From an uncultured bacterium (lineage in GTDB: Bacteria; Verrucomicrobiota; Verrucomicrobiia; Verrucomicrobiales; DEV007), in contig CAXBMO010000005.1 in NCBI GenBank assembly GCA_963977015.1, positions 256,001 to 320,000 of the forward strand: a stretch of DNA of 64,000 nucleotides, read 5' to 3'. Both the position numbers and the translations under genes were made by a program. The notes beneath the pieces are model-generated. The model was given only the letters and a program-made list of their open reading frames with translations. It did not search any database and was not told the DNA's origin. Below are positions 28,347 to 37,660 of this stretch, in pieces (the first letter of the stretch is position 1; the number at the start of each line of letters is the position of its first letter).

Positions 28347-29408
28347 CTAGGCAGCGTCGGTACAACAGGGGCATGGCTGCACCCAATGCCGGTCACCAAC
28401 CTCCTTTAACTCCAGATCCATCCCGATGCTGTCTTTCCACTTGGGATGATTGACGCGATGCCCGAAGGCGCAGCCTTGCGGCGGATTGATTGGCGAAGGA
28501 ACATCGCCCTCAAGGGGAACATGCTGCCGGCGAACCGTCGGATCAGGCACGGGGATCGCCTTGATCAGCGCCTTGGTGTAGGCGTGCTGCGGGTTCTCGT
28601 AAATCTCGTCGGCCCCTGCCATCTCAACAATCTTTCCGAGATACATGACGGCGACGCGATCCGAAATGTGACGAACCACCGCAAGATCATGGGCGATGAA
28701 CAAGTAGGAAAGGCTGAGTTCACGTTGCAGGTCCATCATCAGGTTCAGAACCTGGCTCTGCACGGAAACATCAAGCGCCGAGACCGGCTCATCGCAGACG
28801 ATGAGCTTGGGATTGAGGGCGATGGAGCGGGCGATTCCGATTCGCTGACGCTGGCCTCCCGAGAACTGAAAGGGAAAGCGATTGATCGCGCTTTCGTTGA
28901 GTCCCACCTTCTGCAGGAGATCGATGATCCTCGCTTTACGCTCCTTGGCGTCGCCAATTTTGTGAATCAGGAAGGGTTCCTCCAAAATGGACCCCACATT
29001 CATCCGTGAATTCAGCGATTCGGCCGGATCCTGAAAAATCATCTGCAAATCCCTGCGCAAGGGCAGGATCTCGCGGCGATGCTGATAGGCCTCAACGAAT
29101 TCCTTCGCCTGAGTTGCCGGCTTCAGCAACGGGCTGGGACTTTGGAGCGTCTCGCGATTCAAGCGTTGACCTTCAAAAACGACCTCGCCCTCGGTTGGTT
29201 CGAGCAAGTTCACGATGCACTTCCCGAGGGTCGATTTTCCGCATCCGCTTTCGCCTACCAGCCCCAGCGTCTCGCCTTCATCCACGAACAGGGAAACTCC
29301 ATCCACCGCCTTGCAATTGGCGACAGAACGAAGCAGGACGCCACCCTTCACCGGAAAATACATCTTCAGCCGGTTGACTTCGAGCAAATGGGATCCGTTT
29401 TCTTTCAT
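28347..29408 (-). CDS. oppF: Oligo/dipeptide ABC transporter ATP-binding protein (OppF/DppF)
   Basis: GESGCGKST, FSGGQRQR, CDEPVSALD, MYLG, PSPINPPQGC. Confidence 0.9.
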   Translation of the reverse strand: MKENGSHLLEVNRLKMYFPVKGGVLLRSVANCKAVDGVSLFVDEGETLGLVGESGCGKSTLGKCIVNLLEPTEGEVVFEGQRLNRETLQSPSPLLKPATQAKEFVEAYQHRREILPLRRDLQMIFQDPAESLNSRMNVGSILEEPFLIHKIGDAKERKARIIDLLQKVGLNESAINRFPFQFSGGQRQRIGIARSIALNPKLIVCDEPVSALDVSVQSQVLNLMMDLQRELSLSYLFIAHDLAVVRHISDRVAVMYLGKIVEMAGADEIYENPQHAYTKALIKAIPVPDPTVRRQHVPLEGDVPSPINPPQGCAFGHRVNHPKWKDSIGMDLELKEVGDRHWVQPCPCCTDAA

Positions 29409-30403
29409 GCGTCGGCGGCAAAACAGGGACAAGCCTCGATCCAGTGACCTGGCTCAATTTCTCGCAAGGGTGGTCGCTTCGCGACCTGCGCTTCGGTGTG
29501 GGGATTCGGGCAACGTGAGGCAAATCGACACCCCTGAGGCATGGCATTCAGGGGCGGAACGTTGCCTTCGATGGTTTTGAGCTTGGTCTTCCGTTGGTTG
29601 TCGATCCGCGGAATCGACTGAATCAGCCCCTGGGTGTAGGGATGTTGCGGAGATCCAAAAATCGTGGTGACCGCGCCCCGTTCCACCACTCGCCCGGCAT
29701 ACATGACCAAGACCTCGTCACAGGTTTCCGCGATCACTCCGAGATCGTGAGTAATGAGGACAATCGCCATCCCCATTTCTTCCTGAAGCCCCTTCATCAG
29801 GTCGAGGATCTGCGCTTGAACGGTGACATCCAACGCCGTGGTCGGCTCATCCGCGATGACCAGGTCCGGTTTCAGCGCCAACGCCATCGCAATGACGACG
29901 CGTTGCCTCATTCCTCCGGAAAGTTGATGCGGATACTCATCAATGCGGATTTCAGGCGCCGGAATTCCGACTTTGTCGAGGATATCGATGGATGCCGCCC
30001 GGACCTCCTCATCCGTCAATTCTGGCCGGTGAAGTTGAAACACCTCCCCGACCTGTCGGCCAATCTTCTGGACGGGGTTGAGCGCCGTCATCGGCTCCTG
30101 AAAAACCATCGTGATATCGTTTCCGCGTATCTCATGCATGCGGCGCTCGGATACCTCGAGCAGGTTCTCACCATGAAGCAGAATTTTGCCGCCGAGAACC
30201 TTCCCCATCGGTTGGGGTAGCAGTTGCATGATGCTGAACGCCGTCACGCTCTTTCCGCAACCGCTCTCGCCGACAATTCCCAAGGTTTTGCCGCTCTCGA
30301 CTTCGAACGAAACGCCATCCACGGCAACCAGTTGACCGCCTTCCGTGTCGAAAGCGGTCACCAGGTTTTGAACTTCGAGCAGTTTTTTTGATTCTTTGGG
30401 CAC
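29405..30403 (-). CDS. oppD: Oligo/dipeptide ABC transporter ATP-binding protein (OppD/DppD)
   Basis: GESGCGKSVT, YPHQLSGGMRQR, ADEPTTALD, MYAG, GCRFASRC. Confidence 0.92.
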   Translation of the reverse strand: MPKESKKLLEVQNLVTAFDTEGGQLVAVDGVSFEVESGKTLGIVGESGCGKSVTAFSIMQLLPQPMGKVLGGKILLHGENLLEVSERRMHEIRGNDITMVFQEPMTALNPVQKIGRQVGEVFQLHRPELTDEEVRAASIDILDKVGIPAPEIRIDEYPHQLSGGMRQRVVIAMALALKPDLVIADEPTTALDVTVQAQILDLMKGLQEEMGMAIVLITHDLGVIAETCDEVLVMYAGRVVERGAVTTIFGSPQHPYTQGLIQSIPRIDNQRKTKLKTIEGNVPPLNAMPQGCRFASRCPNPHTEAQVAKRPPLREIEPGHWIEACPCFAADA

Positions 30404-30458
30404 GAGCCTTGATCGAGTTTGGGAAACGGGGTGTTTCTAAACCCGTTTCGAGCCCGGA

Positions 30459-31100
30459 TCAATCCCCATCCAAATGGATCGAAGTTGAAGAACGCTTCCT
30501 GCCCCCTGAATAAGTCGAAACCCGCATTTTGCTGGCAATCCGCTGGTCTCCGACTTTGCGAATGAGTTGCACTTCAAGCTTTTTGGCCAAACCGGCCCGG
30601 TCGTAGGCGTCCAGCCTCATCAAGGCGAGTGCGTTCTGCTGAATCCAGATGTCGGCATGGGTATAGGCGCCTTTTCCCGTATCGTTCTGGACGGTGAGGA
30701 TGAAGCAATTGGAGACGCCGGTTCTGCCTTCCCGCACATTGGTCACCTTCCACCCCAATTGATGGACCGTGAGGTCTTCCAGGGTCACATCGGTTCCCCG
30801 AAGTTTTTTGGTCAAGGTTGCATTGTTGCCAGTCGCCTCCCCTACCTTCACCCGAACCGTTTCCGTCGGCTTCTGAAAGTAGTAGGTCATGACGCCGGAG
30901 CGGTCGGTCCGCAGCACGAAGGGAGATTTTCTCACTCCGATTCCCTGAATCAACCAGCCCTCAAAGTCGCCCGTCATCGAGGCAATGGACTCTCGGGCCT
31001 TGTCCAGCAACTCTTCCGGTGAAAGTTGGATTTGAGCCTGGGCCGTGGACGAGCCGATCAGGGCTGCCGCGACAAAAATTGGGGTGAATGAAAATCGCAT
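30459..31100 (-). CDS. Secreted LolA-like (outer membrane lipoprotein-sorting) protein
   Basis: Signal peptide; LRGTDVTLEDL; IWI...MRLDAYDRAG. Confidence 0.6.
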   Translation of the reverse strand: MRFSFTPIFVAAALIGSSTAQAQIQLSPEELLDKARESIASMTGDFEGWLIQGIGVRKSPFVLRTDRSGVMTYYFQKPTETVRVKVGEATGNNATLTKKLRGTDVTLEDLTVHQLGWKVTNVREGRTGVSNCFILTVQNDTGKGAYTHADIWIQQNALALMRLDAYDRAGLAKKLEVQLIRKVGDQRIASKMRVSTYSGGRKRSSTSIHLDGD

Positions 31101-31118
31101 GTGAGGATAAGGTGAGGG

Positions 31119-31832
31119 TTATTTCAGTTCCTGGATCTCCAACCAAGTGGTGCCTTGCTTGTCACCATTGAGGTAGGATCTCACACGAATGACGTCTGCA
31201 ATCCAGACATCTTGCATTTTTTTGCCGTGGGTAACATCAAAGTCTTTGAGCAGCCCGGGCTTTTCAGCGCGATCATATCCCTCCATCTTGATGAGACCTC
31301 CGCTCGCTTTGTCGATCCACACAATGACGTGACCGTAGGGGCCGCGCTGATCCGGATTGTCGAGTTTCAGCTTCCAAGTCGGGCGCGCTTTGACCAACTC
31401 CATCTTGTCGATGACTTTGGGATTCGGCCAATAGAGAAAACGCATCGCCAGATCTTCATACGTCAGGTCCGTTCCCCGAATAAATTCGCCGTAACGCGCC
31501 AACGCGACGGGAGCATTACTGCCTTCCACGACCTCCCGCAGAATGAGTTGCTCTCCACTCGTATCGAGATGCACGGCTTGAGCCGGATCGTCGAATCTGA
31601 AGCGAATGTAATTGGGCTTCAGGGAAAGTTTGAAGGGAATAATCTCGAATTCCTTGCGCAGCCGGGCATCAAAATCGTGATCGTGCAGGGTGTAGCTGAG
31701 TCGCACCAATCTCAAAATCTCATCGGGAGACAATTGGTCGACAGGTTTGCCGAAGGGCGTTTCTTTTTGCGCCAGCGCCAAGGGGGCACCAACTAGGAGG
31801 GCGACGAAAACAAGGAAAATCCTGGATTGCAT
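31119..31832 (-). CDS. Secreted LolA-like (outer membrane lipoprotein-sorting) protein
   Basis: Signal peptide; IRGTDLTYEDL; VWIDK...KMEGYD. Confidence 0.7.
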   Translation of the reverse strand: MQSRIFLVFVALLVGAPLALAQKETPFGKPVDQLSPDEILRLVRLSYTLHDHDFDARLRKEFEIIPFKLSLKPNYIRFRFDDPAQAVHLDTSGEQLILREVVEGSNAPVALARYGEFIRGTDLTYEDLAMRFLYWPNPKVIDKMELVKARPTWKLKLDNPDQRGPYGHVIVWIDKASGGLIKMEGYDRAEKPGLLKDFDVTHGKKMQDVWIADVIRVRSYLNGDKQGTTWLEIQELK

Positions 31833-31977
31833 GGTTTTTGGGTAAATTTCAGAACCTTGCGAGGGGTTCTTCAGGTCTATCGATTGTAACGTGTTTGCTA
31901 GGGTTCTCAACCCGCATCGCCGCCGCAGTCGGTTTTGTTTTGACACACCCCTCCAAAAACGTATTCAGTCAGCCGCA

Positions 31978-33573
31978 ATGTCACCAAAGCTCGAACGCAA
32001 CCTCTTCATCGCTTTGGTCCTGTTGACGCTCTGCCGCATCGTCATCGGAGCAGTCAGCGAGCTTTCCGAAGATGAGGCTTACTACTTCCTTTGGACAGAG
32101 CGCCTCGATTGGTCCTACTACTCGAAAGGTCCCGGGGTGGCATTGGCCATCAACTTCACAACCAGTATCTTCGGGAAGACGGCGTTGGGGGTTCGCATTT
32201 TGAGCCCGCTGCTGGGATTGGCGACGAGTTGGCTGCTTTTCCGCCTCGGAACACGGCTCGTCGGTCAGCAATCGGCTCTTTGGGCCGTCGTGATGCTCAA
32301 TGTGACGCCAATTTTCAATGCAGGCAGTATCCTGCTGACGATTGATCCGCTGATGATCTTTTTCTGGGTTGCGGCGATGGCGACGACTTGGCACGCGATC
32401 CAGGAATCCTCGAAAAGCCTGCTTTGGTGGATCGCGACGGGTTTCCTCATCGGACTCGGCTTTCTCTGCAAATACACCGCCGCCGTCCAGGTGATTTCGA
32501 TCGTGATCCTTCTTTGCGCGAACAGCGCGTTGAAGGTCCAATTCAAGCGTCCGGGCTTTTACGCGATGCTGGGAACCATCCTGATTTGCACGACACCGGT
32601 CATGGTTTGGAATTCCCAGAATGACTGGATCACCTTCGTCCATTTGATCGAACGAACCGGGCTGGTTGACTTCAATCAACCTGAGGCAGCCGAGAGCTCC
32701 GAAGCCGCCGCCTCTTCCGGGTTTGAGTGGAACCCGTTCGATATCTTCAGCTACCTGGGACAACACCTCGGCGTTTATTCTCCGCTCTTTTTCGCCGGTC
32801 TTGCCTGGACGACGGTCCTCGCGTGGAAACGCTTTCGAAAGAGCCCGGAGGAGACGTTTATCGGCGCGTTTGGCCTTCCCATTGTCGTTTTCTATTTTGG
32901 GCTCTCCGTCTTGAAAATGGGGGAATTGAACTGGACGGCGCCCGGCTTTGTCAGCCTTGGCCTACTTTTGCCAAAATACTGGGAGCAAGCCAGCTTCGGG
33001 ACCAAACTCAAAGCGCGGCTGAGCATTGCTGCGTTTGCGGTTTCCGCAGTATTGACCGTGTTGGCAGTCAATCCGGAGGTCATCCGCAGCACCGGATTAA
33101 CCTGGCCCTACAGTTTCGACACGAAGAAGCGTTGGAGCGGCTGGAAAACCTCTGCCGGACACATTGCCGAGCAGGTCGCCAGGTTTGAGGCAGAAATTGG
33201 CGAAAAGCCGTTCCTCATCGGCAATCGGTACCAAACCTGTGCCGCCATCGCCTTTTACTTTCCGGATGAATCTGGGGTGATGCGCCCCGATCCAAGCTAT
33301 CCGCTGGTCCACACGATCGAGCCGGACGACAAAGCCGCGCGGAAGAACCAGTTTGCGTTTTGGCCCGCGTATCAGCGGGATCCCCAGTTTCTCGGGAAAT
33401 CCGCCTTGTTCGTGACCGACCAACTGAAGTCGCAGTCCCCCCCCCAAAACGTTCGCGAAGCGTTTCGAGAATGGGAGGTCTACAGCCTCGTCGATATCGA
33501 CCGACGCGGAGAACTGCTCCGAAGCTGGAAAGTCTTTGCCTGCCGCGACTATCAGGGATTGCCGGACAAATAG
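31978..33573 (+). CDS. ArnT/PMT-like membrane glycosyltransferase (GT39/GT83)
   Basis: DEAYY..W, YYSKGPG, GLGFLCKYT, many TM segments. Confidence 0.88.
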   Translation: MSPKLERNLFIALVLLTLCRIVIGAVSELSEDEAYYFLWTERLDWSYYSKGPGVALAINFTTSIFGKTALGVRILSPLLGLATSWLLFRLGTRLVGQQSALWAVVMLNVTPIFNAGSILLTIDPLMIFFWVAAMATTWHAIQESSKSLLWWIATGFLIGLGFLCKYTAAVQVISIVILLCANSALKVQFKRPGFYAMLGTILICTTPVMVWNSQNDWITFVHLIERTGLVDFNQPEAAESSEAAASSGFEWNPFDIFSYLGQHLGVYSPLFFAGLAWTTVLAWKRFRKSPEETFIGAFGLPIVVFYFGLSVLKMGELNWTAPGFVSLGLLLPKYWEQASFGTKLKARLSIAAFAVSAVLTVLAVNPEVIRSTGLTWPYSFDTKKRWSGWKTSAGHIAEQVARFEAEIGEKPFLIGNRYQTCAAIAFYFPDESGVMRPDPSYPLVHTIEPDDKAARKNQFAFWPAYQRDPQFLGKSALFVTDQLKSQSPPQNVREAFREWEVYSLVDIDRRGELLRSWKVFACRDYQGLPDK

Positions 33574-33576
33574 CGC

Positions 33577-34725
33577 TTACCCGAGGTCCTCGATCTTGAT
33601 CCAACGCTCCTCTTCCCAGGATTTGAGACCGGCTTCGGCCAACTGAACGCCTTTGGCGCCCTCCATCAAATCCCAGCGGAACGGCTCGTCCTCAACCACG
33701 TGACGGATGAACTTCTCCCATTGAATCTTGAACGCATTGTCAAATTGGGTCGCATCGGGAACTTCCTGCCATCCATCAAAGAAGTTGATCGGTTGATCGA
33801 TATCCGGATTCCAAACTGGCTTGGGCGTCGCGCCGAGTGGCTGAACCCAGCACTTTCGCAAGCCGACGATCGCGGATCCCAGCGATCCATCAATCTGCAT
33901 CGTGAACAGGTCATCGCGCCGAACCCGGACGTCCCAGCTGCTGTTGAACTGGGCGACGATGCCTCCCTTGATTTTGAACGTGGCATAACACGCGTCATCA
34001 GCCGTCGCGGAATAGGGCTTTCCGTCTTCGCCGATTCGCTCCGGCAAATGCGTCGCCCCCAGGCAACTGACGGCTTCAACCGGGCCAAAGAGGTTGTCGA
34101 GCACGTAGCGCCAGTGACAAAGCATGTCGATGATGATTCCGCCGCCGTCTTCCTTGCGGTAATTCCAGGAGGGGCGCTGCGCCGGCTGGTTCTCATCGTG
34201 TCCCGTGAAAACCCAGTAGCCGAATTCGCCCCGCACGCTGAGGATGTCGCCAAAGAAGCCCTGATTGATCAACGTCTGCGCTTTGCGAAGCCCGGAAAGC
34301 CATAGCTTGTCCTGAACCACACCATTCTTGACTCCGGCATCGCGACACACGTTCGCCAAGCGAACGGCTTCGTCCAACTCCACGGCGGTCGGCTTCTCGC
34401 AATAGATGGCTTTTTTCGCCGCGGCCGCCATTTCGACGAATTTCGCCCGGTGCAGAGTCGATGAGGCGTCAAAGAAGATCTCGTTGTAGTCATCCGCCAA
34501 GGCGGCGTCCAGATCCGTCGTGAACCGTTCGACGCCATGCGCCTCAGCCAGCTTCCGAAGCTTTTCTTCACTGCGCCCGGTCAAGATCGGATCCACCTGA
34601 ACGGTGGCGCCAGAGGGCATTTTGACACCTCCCTGCTCCCGGATTGCCAGGATTGACCGGATCAAATGCTGGTTTGTGCCCATACGTCCCGTGACACCGT
34701 TGAGAATGATTCCAATTTTCTTCAT
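33577..34725 (-). CDS. Gfo/Idh/MocA family oxidoreductase
   Basis: [24 protein letters not shown]. Confidence 0.92.
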   Translation of the reverse strand: MKKIGIILNGVTGRMGTNQHLIRSILAIREQGGVKMPSGATVQVDPILTGRSEEKLRKLAEAHGVERFTTDLDAALADDYNEIFFDASSTLHRAKFVEMAAAAKKAIYCEKPTAVELDEAVRLANVCRDAGVKNGVVQDKLWLSGLRKAQTLINQGFFGDILSVRGEFGYWVFTGHDENQPAQRPSWNYRKEDGGGIIIDMLCHWRYVLDNLFGPVEAVSCLGATHLPERIGEDGKPYSATADDACYATFKIKGGIVAQFNSSWDVRVRRDDLFTMQIDGSLGSAIVGLRKCWVQPLGATPKPVWNPDIDQPINFFDGWQEVPDATQFDNAFKIQWEKFIRHVVEDEPFRWDLMEGAKGVQLAEAGLKSWEEERWIKIEDLG

Positions 34726-34811
34726 TATTGCCGGTTTCGTTAGAGGTGAACCAATCCAGCGTCAAGGGTTGCGGAATCGACTTTTCGCGAAGAACATCTT
34801 TTCCCCATCCT

Positions 34812-36212
34812 ATGAAAGCCCCCCTTCTTGTTGCCGTTCTCTCATTGATCTTGAGCGCGAGCCATCAGGCCGCTGATCGCCCTCACATCGTTCTCGTCAT
34901 GACGGACGATCAGGGTTGGGGACAGACCGGATACTACGGTCACAAAGATCTCAAGACCCCCAACCTGGATGCGATGGCTGCAAACGGACTTCGGCTGGAC
35001 CGATTTTACGCAGGCGCCTCCAACTGCTCACCAACCCGGGCAACAGTAATGACCGGACGCACCAATGATCGCTCTGGCGTGCAGGATCACGGCTACCCCA
35101 TGCGATTGCAGGAGAAGACCGTCGCCCAAGCCCTTCGCGATGCCGGTTACCACACGGCGCACTTCGGCAAATGGCATCTCAACGGACTTCGCGGCCCCGG
35201 CGTTCCCATCCTTGGGGATGACAGTCACAGTCCGGGAGCGTTTGGATTCGATACCTGGCTTTCCGTGACGAACTTTTTCGACCGCGATCCTGAAATGAGT
35301 CGATTGGGAGAATTTGAATCCTTCAAGGGCGATTCTTCCGAAGTCAGCGTCGATCAGGCTCTGAAATTTCTCGATGCGAACAAGGATGGCGACGGGCCGA
35401 TGTTCGTCGTGATCTGGTTTGGAACTCCGCATTCGCCGATGATCGCCACTGAGGAAGATCGCGCTCCGTTCGCCGACCTTCCCTCGGGTCAGCAACACCA
35501 ATTCGGTGAGTTGGTCGCAATGGACCGAAGCATGGGAGCCCTGCGAAGCGGACTTCGCGAAATGGGAATTGCGGATGACACCGTGCTCTGGTTCAACAGC
35601 GACAACGGTGGGCTTTCCGGCTTTGGCAAAGACACGGTTGGCGGACTCCGGGGCTTCAAAAACACCATGTATGAAGGCGGTCTGCGCGTCCCCGGAATTA
35701 TCGAATGGCCGTCCGTCATCAAACCACGAATCACGAATTATCCGGCCGGAACCGTCGATATCTTTCCGACGCTCGTGGACATTGTGGGGCTTCCGGAGTC
35801 GGTCATGCTTCAGCCGATTGATGGAGTCAGCATCCGGCCACTTTTTGATGGCGAAATTGGCCCTCGCGAAACACCGCTCTTTTTTCGCCACCGCAGTCGC
35901 GGAGTCATCATCGACAACACGATGAAACTTCACGTCACCAACGATGGAATTGAACTCTACGACCTCAAGGCGGACGAAAAGGAGACGACCAATCTTGCCG
36001 TCAAAATGCCAGAAGTCGCCGATCGCATGAAGGCCGCTTATCTGGCGTGGGAAGAGGGCGTCAATGCCAGTGTCAAAGGGGAGGATTACCCGGAAGGAAA
36101 GGTCGATCCCAATCAGCCTGAACGGCGTTTTTGGAAAGACGATCCCGCGTATGCGCCCTATGCCGATAAGTGGCTCGCCAAACTTGCCCCTCCCAAGAAG
36201 AAAAAGAAGTAA
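34812..36212 (+). CDS. Sulfatase (S1, formylglycine-dependent)
   Basis: MTDDQG, CSPTR, GKWHL, SDNG, YEGGLRVP, ELYDL. Confidence 0.95.
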   Translation: MKAPLLVAVLSLILSASHQAADRPHIVLVMTDDQGWGQTGYYGHKDLKTPNLDAMAANGLRLDRFYAGASNCSPTRATVMTGRTNDRSGVQDHGYPMRLQEKTVAQALRDAGYHTAHFGKWHLNGLRGPGVPILGDDSHSPGAFGFDTWLSVTNFFDRDPEMSRLGEFESFKGDSSEVSVDQALKFLDANKDGDGPMFVVIWFGTPHSPMIATEEDRAPFADLPSGQQHQFGELVAMDRSMGALRSGLREMGIADDTVLWFNSDNGGLSGFGKDTVGGLRGFKNTMYEGGLRVPGIIEWPSVIKPRITNYPAGTVDIFPTLVDIVGLPESVMLQPIDGVSIRPLFDGEIGPRETPLFFRHRSRGVIIDNTMKLHVTNDGIELYDLKADEKETTNLAVKMPEVADRMKAAYLAWEEGVNASVKGEDYPEGKVDPNQPERRFWKDDPAYAPYADKWLAKLAPPKKKKK

Positions 36213-36289
36213 GGCGGCGGCGACAACCGTCCCGGCTGCGGAATGGCTTTCATGGCCGCACCACAGGCACGAGCAGGAATTGATCGCCG

Positions 36290-36322
36290 AAAAAAAGGGC
36301 CGCGACAGTTGCCGCGACCCTT
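36290..36322 (-). terminator. Intrinsic terminator of the DUF1549/DUF1501 operon
   Basis: Minus strand reads AAGGGTCGCGGCA-AC-TGTCGCGGCCC-TTTTTTT. Confidence 0.8.
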
Positions 36323-36347
36323 CGAAAGAATTCAGTGTTATCGGTGC

Positions 36348-37625
36348 CTAACCAAACAATTTGGTAACAGGCTTCCCTTTGTCCGCGAACGTGAACGGAC
36401 GGCGACTTGGGGAATAGATGGTTTCCTCAAGAGGAATTCCCATTCCGTAGCCGATCGTAGCGAGGAAGTCTTCAGGTGTGACTTCGTCGCTCACAACCTT
36501 CTTACCTTGTTTGTCTGATTCGCCGTAGCGCTGACCACCGACAATTCCCCCACCCGCCAGCATGGTCGAGTAGGTTGCCGGGAAGTGATCCCGCCCTGCG
36601 TTCATGTTGATATTCGGCGTACGACCAAACTCCGTTCCCACCGCAACCATGGTCGTTTCGAGCAAGCCTTTGGATTCGAGATCGCTCAGAAGCGTCGCAA
36701 GTGCCTGATCAAGGATTGGGAAAACGCCACTGGAACGCGTTTCGAGATCTTCGTGCATGTCGAAGCCTCCGGTGTGGACTTCAATGACCCGAACACCACG
36801 CTCGACGAGGCGACGGGCAAGCAGGCAGCCCAAGCCAACACGGGACTCGCCGTAGTCTGACCGATTAGGTTCTCCGCTAATGTCAAAGGCTTCCAGTTCC
36901 GTACTCTGCAGCAACGTCGTGGCCTGGTCGTAATACTCGACGTAAGACTTTGGACCGCTGTATTTGAATTTCTCAACAAACTGCGTTCCCAGCTTCTTCG
37001 CAATTTCCATGCGGCGATTGAAGCGTTCGTCATTCGTCAACAACATCGCATTTGGCACTCCTCCATTGGGGTCCGCAATCGGTAATGGGCTCAGTGAAGG
37101 ATCGAGGTAACCGGAGTTCGAAGTACTTTGGCCGACGATCACACTATCGGGCAGAATCTCCCCCCGCTTACCGAGCAATTCCTGCGCAAACGGCCCAATC
37201 CGCGGGTGGACAATCGTCGCCCGCTTATTGTAGCCCGTCAGCATAATATATTTGCCGCCCTCATGCGCACCGTTGATGGAGTGCATGCTGTTGATGATGG
37301 CCATCTTGTCAGCATGCTTGGCCAACTTGGTGAAATGCGGTCCAAGTTGAATCCCATCCACGTTGGTCGAAACCGGCTGTTCCTTGTCGAACATGACGTT
37401 TCCGCTCTTATTCGTACAATCAAATGTGTCGAGGTGACTCATTCCCCCCGAACAATAGATGTAGATGAGAGATTTGGCCTTGCCCGCCCCTCCCTGAGCA
37501 GCCGCATTGTTCAACATGGAGGCAAAAGGCGTCGTGAGCCCGACGCCCAGGCTGAGCCTTGCCGTCCGCTCCATGAAGTAACGGCGACTTTCGGAATCTT
37601 TTCCGGCTAGTTCTGCAATATGCAT
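36348..37625 (-). CDS. DUF1501 family protein (Tat-like N-terminus)
   Basis: SRRYF, GGMSHLDTFD, CLLARRLVERGV, FDMH, TEFGRTP, GRDH. Confidence 0.92.
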   Translation of the reverse strand: MHIAELAGKDSESRRYFMERTARLSLGVGLTTPFASMLNNAAAQGGAGKAKSLIYIYCSGGMSHLDTFDCTNKSGNVMFDKEQPVSTNVDGIQLGPHFTKLAKHADKMAIINSMHSINGAHEGGKYIMLTGYNKRATIVHPRIGPFAQELLGKRGEILPDSVIVGQSTSNSGYLDPSLSPLPIADPNGGVPNAMLLTNDERFNRRMEIAKKLGTQFVEKFKYSGPKSYVEYYDQATTLLQSTELEAFDISGEPNRSDYGESRVGLGCLLARRLVERGVRVIEVHTGGFDMHEDLETRSSGVFPILDQALATLLSDLESKGLLETTMVAVGTEFGRTPNINMNAGRDHFPATYSTMLAGGGIVGGQRYGESDKQGKKVVSDEVTPEDFLATIGYGMGIPLEETIYSPSRRPFTFADKGKPVTKLFG

Positions 37626-37660
37626 TTTTTTAGGTAGTGAAGGTTTTTGATTGAGTGGGC

